A stretch of DNA of 64,000 nucleotides from Rozella allomycis CSF55 (taxonomy: Eukaryota). Both the position numbers and the translations under genes were made by a program. Numbering within the stretch: position 1 is the stretch's first letter; each line of letters opens with the position of its first letter. Location: NCBI GenBank assembly GCA_000442015.1, contig KE561022.1, positions 1 to 64,000 of the forward strand. Direction: 5' to 3'. The notes under the pieces were generated by a model. It was given only the letters and a program-made list of their open reading frames with translations, searched no databases and was not told where the DNA came from. Positions 25,783 through 39,919 of this stretch are shown here, one piece after another.

Positions 25783-27955
25783 ATGCATGATATTGTATTT
25801 AACAAATTGGTCTATTTTTCTTTATTTGAAAATTGAAATTTATGAATAATTGTAGGCAACAATTGATTGAGTACCAATCCAAAAACTTTAATGATTTGAT
25901 CCTGAATTACCTGTTTTTTATTCATGAATTCATAGATATTCCCGATCACAATGAATTCATTGATTTAATTCGAGACGGACTTGAGGATCCTTTGCGGATA
26001 AATTTCGACTCTTTAATGAAGAAGGCATCACTGATAGCGCGTAAAAGGAGTAAATATATTTAATAGAATCTCCTTTATTTGATTTTGCAATTAGCGATAC
26101 TAAAAGAACTATTGAAGATTTAGAATCTAACTGTAAAAGGCTAATTGAAGAGAATTTGGACTTGAGAAAGCAATTATTTAAAGCAAGAGCAATAGAAAAG
26201 TCGGCAAAGGGCAAAACAGAGGACAGAATGAAAAAATCAAGGTCCCTTCAGGATATAGATTTGATGCATGAAGAGGTTACATTCTTTGATGCACCTCTTC
26301 CGGTGGAAATAATTAATACTTCAATGATAGACTTGATCTCAATAGCGAGTGTGATGCTTCAATCTACAGAAGAGGTTCTCCGAGATGTGCGACTTCATAA
26401 TGTGCCGACAAAACCTGTAACAATCCCAACGGCAATAGATTTTAACGAGGCTGACATATTAGCTTTGCATGTACAATCCGTAATAAAAGGATATCAGTTT
26501 CGAAGTAAATTCAATCAACATTGTAAATAAACTAATCATTGTCAATTCAGTGTCTAAAAGAATGATAGTCAAGGAAATTGTAGAAACCGAGAAGAATTAT
26601 GTTCAATGCTTGTTGTTTTTATTCAGAGATTACAAAACAGAGTTTTTCAAAAACAAAAAGCAATTGGGCTTATCAGATGAAAAAATTGAGGGTTTATTCC
26701 CTTGTTTGCCCGCCCTCTTGGAAAAGCACGTGGACTTTTTAAGATCAATGGTGACCAGGATATCAAGGTGGAATATGTTTTCAACGTTTGGTGATCTTTT
26801 TCTTGTAAAAGTAAAGAGATCAGAGAATTTAAATAAAAGGATGCCGTGGATATTGATTTGTATGTTGCTTATGTCTCAAAATTTGACTTAACGATGGATG
26901 CGCATCACGAGGCTATGGAAAAATCGAATGTCGCTTCATTTGTTAAAGTAATTGATTGGTTTTCTTCATTTGAATGGTTTGTAAAAAGAATAGCGGAGTG
27001 AATTTGGAAATGAGCGACATGACGATATCGCCTGTTCAAAGAATACCTAGATATATTTTACTAGTCAAAGTAAACACAGTAGACGCTTACTTTTAGCAAC
27101 TTTTAAAATACACGGATAAAAGACATAAAGATTTTCCTTTACTAAACCAAGCATATGAACGATTGTCTGAAATTGCATCCTTTATTGATCAAAAAAGAAG
27201 AGAAGCAGAGCAATATCAAAATATAATTAAACTACAGGAAAATATCCTTAATTGTCCCTTTGTAAAACTTTTCTTTTTTGTTTTAAAGCCAATCGCTAAA
27301 CCTGATCGATACATTGTAACCACATTTGATTCTTTAGAGCAATCCAATAGAGATATTGCTAAAAAGAAACCCAGGCATGTAGTTATTACTAATGATTTAA
27401 TCGTGTGTCTGGGGATCTCAACAAAAACGTTTTCTTATGAAAAAGTTTTTGACTTTAAGTGGCTTGTCCCTGTATTGGAATGTCAAATTGGAATTGTAGA
27501 AAAAAGAATTGAAATGTCTGACGATGAAAAACTATTTGCTGTTGGAATTGTTTGGAATGGAAAAAAGGGACTTGAAAAAAGGATCTTTTACTTGAAAAAT
27601 GAAAAACAGCGTGATGAATTCCTATCCTCATTCGAAAAGGTTAAAAAGGCATGCGTAGATTCATCGAGAGCAATTGCTCAAAGAAAAGAGACTTTGGCTC
27701 GCGTTCAAATAAAAAAACAATCGTTTTCCAGAGTAATTTAGTTGAATTCGTTTAATGCAAAAGGAAAGAAGAATTGCTTGTCAAGAAAGGCTTAAAGATC
27801 TAGAAGCTAACCTAGAGGAAGAAGAAAATAAATTGTTGAAAAAATTATCAATGAAACAAAGACAGCAATCATTAAAAAAGATTTCACAATTGGAAGAAGA
27901 ATTATCATTGCAAAGAGAGCTCTTACTACAGTGGGAGATGGTTCAAGATTATTAA
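25783..27955 (+). CDS. IQ-DH-PH RhoGEF (start approximate)
   Basis: IQ-like VQSVIKGYQFR, DH motifs EIVETEKNYV and PVQRIPRYILL, then a PH-like segment. Confidence 0.82.
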
Positions 27956-28002
27956 ATAAATTTCTATTTATTCCATGGTCAAAATCTATTTTATTTTAAA
28001 AC

Positions 28003-28711
28003 TCAATTATCTTTCACTCTCACGTTCTTTNNNNNNNNNNNNNNNNNNNNNNNNNNNNNNNNNNNNNNNNNNNNNNNNNNNNNNNNNAACACTGGAATTG
28101 TATTGCTTGTATTTTCGTCCGCATCGGCACTTAAAACTTTTTCAGTCACTTTAAAGGAATACGCCGAATCATCAAATTCTTCATCATCTACATCTTTGAT
28201 TTTTGGCACCATTGTATCATTTTCAGGTTCTTGTGTATTGTCAGGATTCGCTACATTTGTATCGACAACCACATCTTCATTTATCGGCAGGACCAATTCA
28301 TGTTCTGTTGGAATTGTCTGCCAATCATTTTTGTCAATTTCAGGCATTCCTGGTATGTGTCCAATTACTAAAGGCGTCTTTTCTTTAACAGGAACAAGCT
28401 TCTTTTTTGTCTTTTTTGTTTTTGATATTCTTTCCTCCTGATCATCTAAATCCTTCCCCTCAATAATGGCCTTTGCTATATTCTGTTGCTTAATTTCCTC
28501 TTTGGTCTTTTTTCTGACGTCAGAAAGAAACTTTTCCACATTCTCTTTATGCTTCCTTCCAGAATTATGTAGTTGAATAGTCTATTCAACATAACGTACA
28601 ATCGTTACCATTTTGCTATCGCTTATATAGCATTTACAGTATTGACAGTAATGTTTTGCTTGCGATACCCAGTACTCTGACCTATTTTTCTATTTCTAGT
28701 TGGTTTTACAT
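28003..28711 (-). CDS. WBP4/FBP21-like U1-type zinc-finger splicing factor
   Basis: MSEYWVSQAKHYCQYC...HNSGRKHKENVEKFL. The start codon is split AT|G by a 28-nt intron. N gap at 28031-28087. Confidence 0.8.
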
Positions 28712-28731
28712 GAAAAAATTGGATTCGCCAC

Positions 28732-29910
28732 ATGGATATTTCTCTGGAAAAATGTTGTTTACAAAATAATATAGTTAAAGATTTACAATGGTAAAAATAT
28801 ATTCAAAGATTTTTAAGGTCCCCAGATGGTACTTGCATAAATGCCAGTTTTGATAACGGCCAAGTGATGCTTTTTGAAACGTAATGATCGTTAAGATTTT
28901 AATTTAGACAAAACTTTTTAATCAAGGATGTAGATACAAATAGTACATTGACTTACAAGGAACCTGAGAGTATCTATGATATGTGTTGGTATCCGTTTAT
29001 GAATTCGAATGGTATAATTTAAATAGTTTGAGATATTTATAAGATCCATCATCATGCTGTTTCGCAGTTAGTAGCAAAGACCAACCCATTCATCTATGGG
29101 ATGCTTATAATGGAAGCCTGAGAGCTTCCTACGCTTTGATAGATCATAGGGAGCGATTTGTAGCCCCTAACTCATTATGTTTTACTCCAGATGGCACAAA
29201 GTACTAGAATTCATTTTGTAGTATAGAATTCTTTGTGGTTACTTTAATTCTTTGGCTTATTTTGATGTGTTAACACCTGGCTCGGATTATACGCACATTC
29301 CTCTCATCGCATCAAGAAAAAGCATCGATGGACAGAAAGGTAAATAACGCACATTAAAATAACAAGGAATTGTTTCGGCATTGTCGGTGTGCCAAACTAG
29401 GGGACTAATTGCGGTAGGGACATATAGCAAAACCATATTTCTTTACGACATGGAAACTTTTGAACCTGTTCTCATGCTTCCAGAATTTCAATCAGGTTTA
29501 ACTCAAATAGAGTTTAGCCATGATGGTAATTTTCTGTTTACGGCTTCTCGTTGCGATGATAGCATTAAAGTTTGGGACTTGAGAAATTGCGATGAGCCTT
29601 TGTTAGAATTTCCGCGAAAGGGAATGATTAATCAACGTCTATACTTTCAATTGACTTCGGACTATCTAATAACAGGGGACACTGATGGTACAGTCTCTTT
29701 TTACGATATTAATTGCCTTGAAACTGGCAGAATGGTCAATAAAAAAATTGGTCGCGGTAAATAATTATGAATTTCATGAAAGATTCCATTCCTGCCGCCA
29801 AATTGTTTGGAGATTTACTCGTGACTTGTCAAGGTTCTCGGTGCTTCGAGGACGAAGAAGTAGAGAAAAATATTTCAATGTGGACTATAAAAAATATAAA
29901 TTTTGAATAA
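28732..29910 (+). CDS. WRAP53: WRAP53/TCAB1 (Swt21-like) WD40 protein
   Basis: WSPDGTC, IYDMCWYPFMNS, PIHLWDAYNGSLRASY, NQRLYF. Confidence 0.85.
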
Positions 29911-29918
29911 ATTAATTA

Positions 29919-30683
29919 TTAGATTGTTGGAATGCGATTCGAATGCATTATTTATTGAACTTGGCTTGAAAATATTTTATCGAGTCGCCTGCAACTTTTA
30001 ACTGTTCAATTAGTAAATCATCCGTAGACTCAAGGTCATTTAGTCTTACAATGCTAGCAAATGTCTCTTGATGTCTTTCCAATACGGATTGAAAATGCTA
30101 TTTTACATTTAAATTTTCTTTACTCCAATATCTTCGTTAAAGCAATCTAATTTGGAGAGAATTAAATCCTGCTCAGATAAGTTCTTTAAGGTTGTATCCT
30201 ATTAAGATCTTATGAAAAGTATAACATTACTAATTTCTTGGACAATTTATCTAGATATCGCTTCTTTTCATCAACCTTGGGATCTAAAACTTCAAAGGGT
30301 TCTAAATGATTAAGTAATGAACCAAATACTCTTATGCCCTTTGATAAAAACTCGGTAATATTGTACTCTTGCTGAAGAATAGAAAATAGTTTCTAAATAG
30401 TGTTTTATCTTTTGGATTTGTAGCTTCTAGAAACATTACAGAGTCAGTCAATGAGTGGTGTAATTGGAAAAGTCCAGATCTGTCTATAACAATACTCATA
30501 ATCAAATGCTTTACTTTGATAAAATGTACCTAAATCAATGAATAAATACTGACTCAAGTCTACCATTTTAGTGGAATTGAATTCATTTTCTGAATCCTGA
30601 ATGTAACAACCAGTGGGGGACAGATGAACATTTAAAGTTCCAATAACCTTTAAAGAAGGTGAAAGTGAATTAAAAGTAATCAT
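29919..30683 (-). CDS. Hypothetical multi-exon protein
   Basis: An open frame can be reconstructed across several ~28-nt introns. No family recognised. Confidence 0.45.
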
Positions 30684-30962
30684 GAAAATTCCAATTTAAT
30701 TAAGAATGGAGAAATAAAGTGAATACATTTGATTGGGGTGGTACTTAAAAGTACCGAACTAATGTTCCAAAATTCAATGTTGAATAGNGTACCGAACTAA
30801 TGTTCCAAAATTAAATGTTGAATAGCACTAAAAAGCACAGGGTTGGGTATGTACATAGAGCACAAGGAGCATTTATAAATGCTGGTAGTATACAAAATAC
30901 TGGGGTAGCGTTTAAAAACACTTTTAAATATATAAATAAAAAAACTAATTAAATTGAAATAA

Positions 30963-32314
30963 TTACCTGATGTGCTTCATTTTAGATTCAAACTTTGCAG
31001 AGGGAGAAAGAGATGAAAGAGTGTTCATTTTCTTTGATGACTCGAAGCACTTCCAAAACTTAAGATTTTCATCAGCTGCAGCGGAAACAACAGTTTGACC
31101 ATCTGGAGAGATGGCCATGTGAAGAATTCTTGAGGAATGACCGTAAAGATCTGCAACTTTTGTCATTGAGGGATATTTCCAAATAGAAAGTTGATTATCT
31201 GAATATCCATGGGATGTGATTATTTCTCGATGCTCCTCAGAAAATAAAATTCCACAGACTTGGGATCCAGCGTCGATAGATGAAAGGCAAGCCCCAGATT
31301 GAGTGTTCCAAAAACGAATTGTTTGATCGCAGCTTCCTCCGCCAGAAGCCAAAAGATTATTTTGCCAAGGACACCAAGCTAAAGCTTTCACTGCTGCATT
31401 ATGTTGAGATTTAGAAAATTTTGGTGTGACAGATCGAGAGTCCCAAATGTTAACAATGTTGTCATTTCCACCAGAGGCTAATTGAGTTCCATCAGGCGAC
31501 CATTGCAATCCACAAACTTCTTGAGAGTGGCCATTCAAAGTGGAAACGTGGTGATTTGAAATTCTAACGTCACTGTGGAATATATTTCCATCTCTCGCCC
31601 CAGAAGTCAAAATATGATTGTTCCATGAAAGACTAGGGATTCTTGATGAATGTCCAGTCATTGTTCTCATTTTACACAGCTTCTCTGTATCCCACAATTG
31701 TATTTGCGCTGAACTTGTTCCGACCGCCAAATAACTTCCATCTCCAGTCCATTTCACAGACGACACATAGTCGGTGCCTCCAAGTGTTAACAATTCTTCT
31801 ACGGTACCACTAGAAGCATTCCAGAGGTAAATTGTTTGATTAAGAGCTACTGCTAATACATTCTCACTACTCCAATCGAGCAAATTCAAATAATAGTCAT
31901 CAAGCAAATCGGGAGCATCCAACACTTTTTCTGGCGTAGTCGGGATATTTCTTGTCGGTTTACGTGCTTGGATGGATATATTGGGTTTAAATTTATATAT
32001 GCTTCTTAAATCTTCTTTTGCCTTTTGCGGTGCAGGTGGTCTGTAAGCAAGGATACGCGTGTTGTCACTTTCTGCAAGTGAATCCTGCAAATTTTTATTA
32101 TATTCGTTTTTGCCCATTTTTTCTTCGTCTTTTTCAAAATTTAGGTGCCCCATTTCCGCACTGTTGCTCGGTATAAACCGGTCTGCTGCCTAAGTTTTCC
32201 TATATATATGCCAGCTACCATTTGTTGTTTCTTCTTTAGGTTTTGTACTCGTAAATAGCGTGGTTGATTAACACTAGTCGATTTTAAAGGTGAATCGAAA
32301 ACAAAGGTGTTCAT
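30963..32314 (-). CDS. CDC20: APC/C activator Cdc20/fizzy
   Basis: C-box DRFIP (after intron 32190-32218), VLDAPDLLDDYYLNLLDW, WD40 repeats, terminal IR. Confidence 0.95.
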
Positions 32315-32326
32315 GGCAAAATTAAA

Positions 32327-32333
32327 CCAGGGT
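32327..32333 (-). promoter_or_regulatory. ACCCTGG start-proximal element (representative copy, CDC20)
   Basis: The same or a near-identical motif lies within ~30 nt of the gene start for more than 10 genes in the window. Confidence 0.6.
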
Positions 32334-32483
32334 CTGCGATTGGCGCGAATTGCAATTTATACACCAAAATAAAAATATATCTCAAAATATTTTATCTTTT
32401 AATTTTTTATTTATTCCTATTTTTGGTCACTTATTTAATTATCCCTCAATTGTTTTTGTTTTACTAGCCTCATTACGACAGCA

Positions 32484-33585
32484 ATGAAAGATGTGACTGA
32501 TTTTTCTTCTGCTACTACTGAAATGACAAAGATTTATCTCAAATTAGGCATTCCCTCGCCAAATCTTCATCCTGAAATTAAGAAATACCGTAAATTGATC
32601 AAACAATGCAAGCATCAGCTTCTGCAAATAAAATCATCGAATGATTTGATAAAATATTCTGGTTGGATAATTGGTAAAAAAGAATTGATGCAAAACGAGT
32701 AATGCAATGATGTTAATTCCAAAGATATCTTTTCCTAGAGAAAGAAGAAAAGGTTTTAAGACATGAGCTCAACATATTTGAATCAATTAAACTTAAAGAT
32801 ATTGAAGTGGCCCCAATTATTCCAGAAAAGAAAATATTTAAGAAAATCGACGTATCTGAGCGTTTGTATAATACAGACAATAGGATCAAAGCAAAAAGAA
32901 CACAGGACCAAATTCTTGATGAAAACATCCAATTTAATAATGCCATTGAAAAGAAAACTTCTTCAAAAACAGTACCGCCATTAGATCGAGCGAAAATAAA
33001 AGAAGAACTAGAAATTTGGCGGGTATAGTATTATCAAGGAATAAAATAGTCTCAAAAAGAAGAGAAGAAGAAAAAACAAGAAGAAGAAAAAGCAAAACTA
33101 GACGAGAAAGCAAAGAAACACGCCAAAGAAGAACGGGTAAACTAATCACAAATCTTGCATGCTAGGCCAAAATTCGAAGTGAAATGATCCAAAAGCAATT
33201 AATGAAAATGCTAGATAACATTACGAGTCATAAAGAAAACGATTGTCAAGAAACAAAAGCATCTCATCTGAATGTGGCGGAGAATCATGAACGAGTAAGA
33301 TTGCCAATAAAATTTTGATTGAATTTGGAACTAATGGAGAAAAGGAAGATTATGATTGAGAAAAAGAAAATGAAGCCAGAAAAGAATATTGCGCCATACA
33401 AACCACTTAATCAACCGCGAGCACCATCCCGAATACTTGAACCAACTGCCGCATCTATAGCTAGGCAACAGGACAACGGAAATATAGGACCAAATATATG
33501 GAAAGAACCTATATATTCTCAAAAGAGGTACCCATCTATATACGGCAAAAGACATAGGGCTACTCCGTCATGGCTACGAGGATAA
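32484..33585 (+). CDS. CCDC112-like coiled-coil protein
   Basis: The C-terminal PSRILEPT...HRATPSWLRG resembles the CCDC112 tail by recall. Multi-exon. Confidence 0.55.
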
Positions 33586-33593
33586 TCAATAAA

Positions 33594-33809
33594 TTATAAA
33601 GGTTTATTATAACGTTTTAAAAGTTTACTTTTTCTTGACTGTGATTTAATCGCGATTGGATCATCTTGTCTATATATGTCATTTTCAATGTACGCCGGGT
33701 TGTTCAAGGTAGAATCAATTGTGGATACGGATTCTGTTTCGCTAAGGCTTGGGCTGCTACAAATATCATTTTCAAAAGTTGTAAAGCTTATAATCCCCGT
33801 ATTCATCAT
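33594..33809 (-). CDS. Small hypothetical protein (71 aa)
   Basis: Short ORF filling the intergenic space, with the ACCCCGG upstream element about 20 nt before its ATG. Confidence 0.4.
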   Translation of the reverse strand: MMNTGIISFTTFENDICSSPSLSETESVSTIDSTLNNPAYIENDIYRQDDPIAIKSQSRKSKLLKRYNKPL

Positions 33810-33909
33810 AAAGCCAAAAATTGAAGGAACCGGGGTCGGAAAATTGCAACCTTCAATTTATAGCATTGCGAACCGCGTGGCATGCGATGACAAATATAGT
33901 AACACAAAA

Positions 33910-35221
33910 TTATTTTTTATTTAAATCTTTCTTGAAATCTTTCTTTGGAGTCATCAATATTTCTTTAGGCTGGACCTTTCCTAATGCCTAATCTATATTT
34001 AAAACTAACAATACTTTGTTAAACGCATAAGAATATTCGGTTTCTTCCATTAAAATATTCATGTTTGATGCTTCTAAAGGCAATCTTGTAGTATTTCCAA
34101 TGTTTCTACTGAGATTTCTAACAGATCTTCGCACTGGTGTAACTACAGTCTCAACGCCAAGCTCTATAACATTTCCAAGAAATTTAAATACCTCGCTTTT
34201 GTCTTTTGGTAGCCCTGACAGGCGTTAACACTGCAATGGAAGCGTCAAATATATTATCATTTTCCTTCTTATCTTGATCTGGTGAAGAATCAATGACGAA
34301 ATCCAGTGTTCGTTTAACAGAAACGGAACCGGCGAGAGACTTTGTAGCTCTTTTTTTCTTTGGAGTGCATTTAGTTAATATTAATTTATGCTGCTTGATT
34401 GAATTATCCAATTCTTCTTCCATGGCCTTCAAGTCCACATCGTCGTCACGGTTTATTCGTTTCAGTAATTCACTCTTAGCGTTTAAAATATCATCAACGG
34501 GCTCTTAATGAACAAACAAATGCATTACTTGAATCTTTTCTAAAATCGCAGTTTCGTAAATGTTCAAAGCCTCTGAAGAATTCCCAAGAGATTCTTCAAA
34601 CCGAGCCCTTGAAATCCAATATTTGGATGTTCTTGATATATCTTTCTGACTAGATTGACCTTTTGCAGCTAAGATATCAAACACGTATCGAGCCAAGTCA
34701 TAATCTCCATTCAATCATTATTAAATATATACATTACTTTGGCGAAATAAGACGCGTCACTCAAGGAAAATAAAATGAATGTTGGAGGTTTAATCATCTG
34801 TCTTTTTATGATCTCTCCTTTGGTGTTAACGGTCACTAAAATAACTTTATTCTCGATCCACCAATCACGAGAAGTCCTTAATAAAATCAATGTGCCATAT
34901 TTTACCATACTCCTTTTATAAACTGTTTTCCTGTATCAAGCAATTTTCGATCATTGTTCGTATTTTCATGATCTGGTGAAGGAGTCTTTCTCATTCTTGT
35001 TAAATTTTTCGAATCTATCATGTAATAGAATAAAAACATACCCGTCACCTTTGATGACCAAGTTGGATCGACTTTTCTGACAACAAAATCATTCTTCCTC
35101 TTCTCCTTTTCTTGTTTAAGTCTATCAAAACCATAATCTGTTTATACTTTTTATTTTTGAGGAATTCATCTAAAAGCAATCTTCTGTTATCTTTCTTTTC
35201 GCCGTTTTCAAAATTGTCCAT
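33910..35221 (-). CDS. CKAP2 C-terminal-domain-like protein
   Basis: KYWISRARFEE...NIYETAI and the TPVR/TPVRRSVR motifs. Multi-exon. Confidence 0.6.
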
Positions 35222-35249
35222 TAACAGCCGGGGTTTAGAAAATTTCAGA

Positions 35250-37632
35250 ATGTCGCGAATAATTGTTAAAAATCTTCCAAAACATACGACAGAAGAATCT
35301 ATAAAGGCTAAATTTGGTTTGAAAGGAGATATAACAGATATAAAGATGATGAAGACATCCAGCGGTGTTTTCCGCAGATTTGCGTTTATCGGATTTAAAA
35401 CAGAGGAACAAGCGAAAAATTCTGCTGAATATTTCAACAATACATTTATCGACACTTCTAAAATATCTGTAGAAGTTGCCAAGCCTGTAAGAAATTTCTT
35501 TTGCATTGAAAATAGATCGGATCCCAGGATTTGAATAGACCTTGGAGCAAATATTCCAAAAAGCCGGAAGAAGGCAAAGAAAAAGATAAAGAAAAGAAAG
35601 AAGACAAGAAGAAAGATATAAAGAAACAATTTAATGATTTGCTGAATTTGGAACAAGATGGAAAGTTGCAAGAATTTATTAATGTGATGAAGCCAAATGC
35701 TACTCAAAAGACATGGGCTAATGACGATGGAAACAACATTGAAATAAAGAAGAATGAAAAAGCAAGAACCAAAGGAGGAGTTACTTTTGATTCAGATTCA
35801 GAAGATGATGAAAACTATCAAGAATTTAAGTTTAAAGAAAGTGACGATGAAAGTGAGGCTGAAGTTGAAGATATAATCATTAATGAAGACTCAAAGCTGG
35901 AGAATGAGACTTTGGCCGAAGAGGGAAATGCCAACTTGAAAAAGATGTTGGCATTGGAACAGCCTAAAGAGAATAACGAGACAGATGTCATTTTGGATAC
36001 TGGAAGATTGTTTATTAGAAATCTTTCATATACATGTTCAGAGGACGAACTCAATGAGCTTTGTTCTAAATTTGGTCCAATTTCGTCAATAAATATGCCA
36101 ATAGACAAGGAAACAAAAAAGATTAAAGGATATGCGTATGTTACGTTTATGATTCCAGAGCATGCTGTTAAAGCTTACATGGAGTTGGATCATAGTATTT
36201 TCCAGGGTAGACTTCTTCATGTTATTCCTGCAAAGGAGAAAATTGTGGATGGATTACCAGTTGAGCCTAAAAACTATAAAGAAGTGAAAGAAAAAAAGTT
36301 GAAAGAAAAGGCGCAAGATAAGACAAATTGGAATTTGATGTTTATGAATGTAATGTATAGTTTAGAGTGTAAAATAGCCTGATGCAATTATGAAATGTAT
36401 CTCTAACGAGATGAAAGTGTCAAAATCTGAGCTTTTGAATCCTGAAAGTGACAATTTGGCGGTTAGAATGGCGGTGGCTGAAACTCATGTGATTAATGAA
36501 ACCAAATCATTTTTAGAACAAGTAAACAAAGAGATTAAAAATAAATAAAGAATGGAATTGATTTGTTATCGCTGGATGAAGATGCTGAAAGAAGTAACAA
36601 GGTGATAGTAGTTAAGAACATTCCCTTTGAAACCACAGTGTCTGAAATTAGACGAGTGTTTTCTAGATTTGGATCTTTGGGGAGAGTAAAATTAATTTGA
36701 TTAAATAAAAGGTATTAATCCCTCCAACTAGAACGCTTGCTATTGTAGAATTTATTGAACCAACAGAAGCGAAAAGTGCATTTAAGAATCTAGCGTATTC
36801 AAGATTTAAATCTGTTCCATTGTATTTAGAATGGGCGCCTTCTTTGATGCTGAATAAACCATTTGAAGGACATAAATTAGAAACTGAAACTGTAGAGCCA
36901 ATAGAGAACACAGAAGTGCCAAGTGGGCCTATTCAGTTGTTTTCTGTCTTCATTAAGAATTTGAACTTTAACACAACAGAAGAAACATTGAAAACTCATT
37001 TTGAATCAATTGGAAATTTGAAATCTGTGACAATCGCTAAAAAGAAAGATCTTAAGAACCCTGGCAAATGGCTATCAATGGGTTATGGATTTGCAGAGTT
37101 TTCAGATAAAGAAAGTGCCTTGAAAGCTATAAATGTTTTACAAGTAAAATCTTTTTTATTTAATAAATAGAATGTTGTGATAGATGGACATGCTATATCT
37201 CTAAAATTTTCAACTAGATCTATTAATGGATCTAACCAATCTAAAGTTATTTCAAAAACAAAAGAAAATAAAAATTGTACAAAATTGGCTGTCAAAAATG
37301 TTCCATTTGAAGCCACGCTCAGTGAAATTAAAAGTTTGTTTAAATCTTTTGGAAATATCAAAAATATTAGAATTCCAAAGAAATTTGATAGATCTCACAG
37401 GGGTTTTGCCTTTGTTGAATTTTTTTCTCATGAAGAAGCTAAAAAGGCAATGGAAGAACTTTATCACACTCACTTGTATGGAAGGCATCTCGTCTTTGAA
37501 TGGGCTGCCCAAGACGAGTCAATAGAAGACTTGAAAGAAAAGGCTAAACGCCAAATCTCCTCAATGAACGTCAAAATTCCAAACAACAAGAAAATTAAAA
37601 TGAAAGACGACGTTGAAGATGAATTTCAATAA
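35250..37632 (+). CDS. MRD1: Multiple-RRM rRNA processing protein Mrd1/RBM19
   Basis: MSRIIVKNLP, RPWSKYS, TWAND, multiple RRMs, HLYGRHLVFEWA. Confidence 0.95.
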
Positions 37633-37686
37633 ATCATTTTTCAAATAAACTAAAATCTAATTTTGCCTAAAATTTTTGCCTAAAAT

Positions 37687-38345
37687 CTACTCTTTTTCTT
37701 TCTCTTTATTTATTAAATTCATTTCAGCATCAACATACTCTTTCATTACTTCCATTTTGCTCTTTGTTTCTATCCCCTTTTCTCTCCTTTCACTATCCTC
37801 CACAATTTTGATCATCAATTTGTCTATTTTCTTTTCTATTTCTCCCAACTGTGCCAACTTGACATCCTTTTCAACAATTGACTTGTCCATTGGTATCATC
37901 GAATAATCCTCACTCCACACTTTACTAGGATCATCTCTCTGTGCTGATGGCTTTATGTAATCAAAATTATACTATATTACTGATTGTCCATCTACAAGTT
38001 TTTCCAAATGAGAACGCAATAGTTCATCCTCTGATGACGCGCGCTCCATCTTAAATATTTCCAAATTTTAAAGCTTACAGACTCCATTCTTTGGCTTTGC
38101 TCTCTTTCTTTTTCTATTCGGTCAGCAGAAACAATATTGTTTTCACTACTTTGATAATGATACGCATTTTGATTCCTTGTACGTCGATAACTGGCTTGAT
38201 AATATGCACTATATGCTTCAGACATTACAAACGCCCCTAATAGTATCGCACCAACCACTGGTAATCCAACAGTCAGTGGATGATATTTCCTCGATAACTT
38301 TGCATACTTTATACGAGCGGGCAACTTGGATTTATATACTTCCAT
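37687..38345 (-). CDS. COX16-like small mitochondrial membrane protein
   Basis: HPLTVGLPVVGAILLGAFVMSE TM segment followed by a charged tail. Weak recalled similarity. Confidence 0.4.
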
Positions 38346-38392
38346 TTATGAATTTTCAAATAAAAACTAATAAAATGAATGAATAACTTTAT

Positions 38393-38815
38393 TTAACGTT
38401 CCTTGAAGTAGTTGAGCAAAACGTTGACAGCTTCAGATTCTTCACCAAAGTCTTTAACGACAGCACATCCACATCCAACAACCTTTTGTGGGTTTCCAGA
38501 CTTGTCAATCTTGCAGAGACCAACCCATTCACCAAGCTTCTTGGCATCAGCAACCTTGATAAGGTTAATGTTGTGTTCACGGCAAAGAGCTTCAACAAGG
38601 CGAACATAAGCTTGTTCATTGCAGGATTCAGCAAGGACACACAAGTGAGCTTGACGACGATCTAAAGCCTTGACACACTCGCGGAGACCACGGCAGAGTC
38701 CATCATTGATCAAAGCCTTTTTCAAAACTTCTTGCAAAGCTTCTTCAACAGACATTTGGCTGGATACTCCAGTTTCAGTAGCAGCAACTTCCACAACATC
38801 TCCTTCTGTAGTCAT
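38393..38815 (-). CDS. RPS12: 40S ribosomal protein S12 (eS12)
   Basis: ALQEVLK...GLCRGLRE...[11 protein letters not shown]...KVVGC. Confidence 0.96.
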   Translation of the reverse strand: MTTEGDVVEVAATETGVSSQMSVEEALQEVLKKALINDGLCRGLRECVKALDRRQAHLCVLAESCNEQAYVRLVEALCREHNINLIKVADAKKLGEWVGLCKIDKSGNPQKVVGCGCAVVKDFGEESEAVNVLLNYFKER

Positions 38816-39075
38816 TTTAACAGACGTCCTTAATGTGGGATACCAGGGGTACTAGGAAAAAATTTAGAATTTATTTCCCGAAATTTCAGAAATGATTTCC
38901 GAAAAACATTTATGTGAAACTCCTCATTCAATGCAAGAAATAAATCTATCAACTTCAAGAAGAATCTGGGAAGGAATTTGGAGAAGTGGGACTAATTCGT
39001 ATTATTCCAGTTATTATGGAAAATTTATCATGGAGTATATTTAACTAATAAAAGNGTTATAAGTGCTAAGTTTAT

Positions 39076-39919
39076 TTAACGACCAAGGACTGGAAAAGCA
39101 CTCATATCTTTAATGTCAACAGGCTTTTGTTTGTTATACTTTGGCTTTTCCTCACGAGTATTTTTACGGGGAGTGCGGGTTTGAATATCGATTTCAATAA
39201 ATTGCTTTGCTGCCTTGGCTTTGGTTTTTCTAGCCTTTGTTTTTTCTTCAGTTGCAAGGAAAACTTCATCTTCTCTTTCGAAAACTACAGCATCTTTCCA
39301 CTTTGGATCAAATTTTCCATCGTTAGCCTTTCTTGGTGGTGGCAAAGCAACGTTGACTTTTTGTTTCTCTGCGTAGTATTCGTCAATGGTCTTCTTTGGT
39401 GGCTCTTCAACTTTTGGTTCCTCTGGGATTTCTGGTTCAGGAGTTTGAACGTTTTCTTCTTGAGGAATTCTATGATATAAATAATATATTCTTACTGCTC
39501 TTGGGTTTCTTCAACAGTCTTACCCCAGTTTCCTCTTCCAGCACCTTCTTTCTTTTGTTCAGATCTTCCGGTACCACTACGACGGTCAAAATCACGTCCT
39601 CTAAAACCTCCTCTACCTCTTTTGCTTCCTTTTGGATGCATTTCCTTCTGAGGTTGCTCAGAGAAATCCACATTGCGGTGGTCACGGGAATCGCGTTCTA
39701 CTGGTCGGCGAACTTTTAAAAAACAGCAAAATCCTTACTTCCACCACGGCCTCCTCTAGAAGGATAGTCGTTACGACGACGTTGTTCCGGTTTGCCTGAC
39801 TTGTCAGTTCGGGAAACTGGCTTCTTTTCACTTACAATTTCTTTCTTTTGGATTGGAGCAGCTACTTCTGGCTCTTCGTCTAAAAGAGCAAAGGGATTTT
39901 TGGAAATAACTTCAGTCAT
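39076..39919 (-). CDS. Stm1/SERBP1-family RNA-binding protein
   Basis: KNPFALL, RDFDRRSGTGR...GAGRGNWG, terminal AFPVLG. Confidence 0.85.

Noticed and set aside
30751-30825. 37-bp direct repeat resembling a CRISPR repeat
   Set aside because: There are only two copies, separated by one N, with no spacers, in a eukaryotic context.
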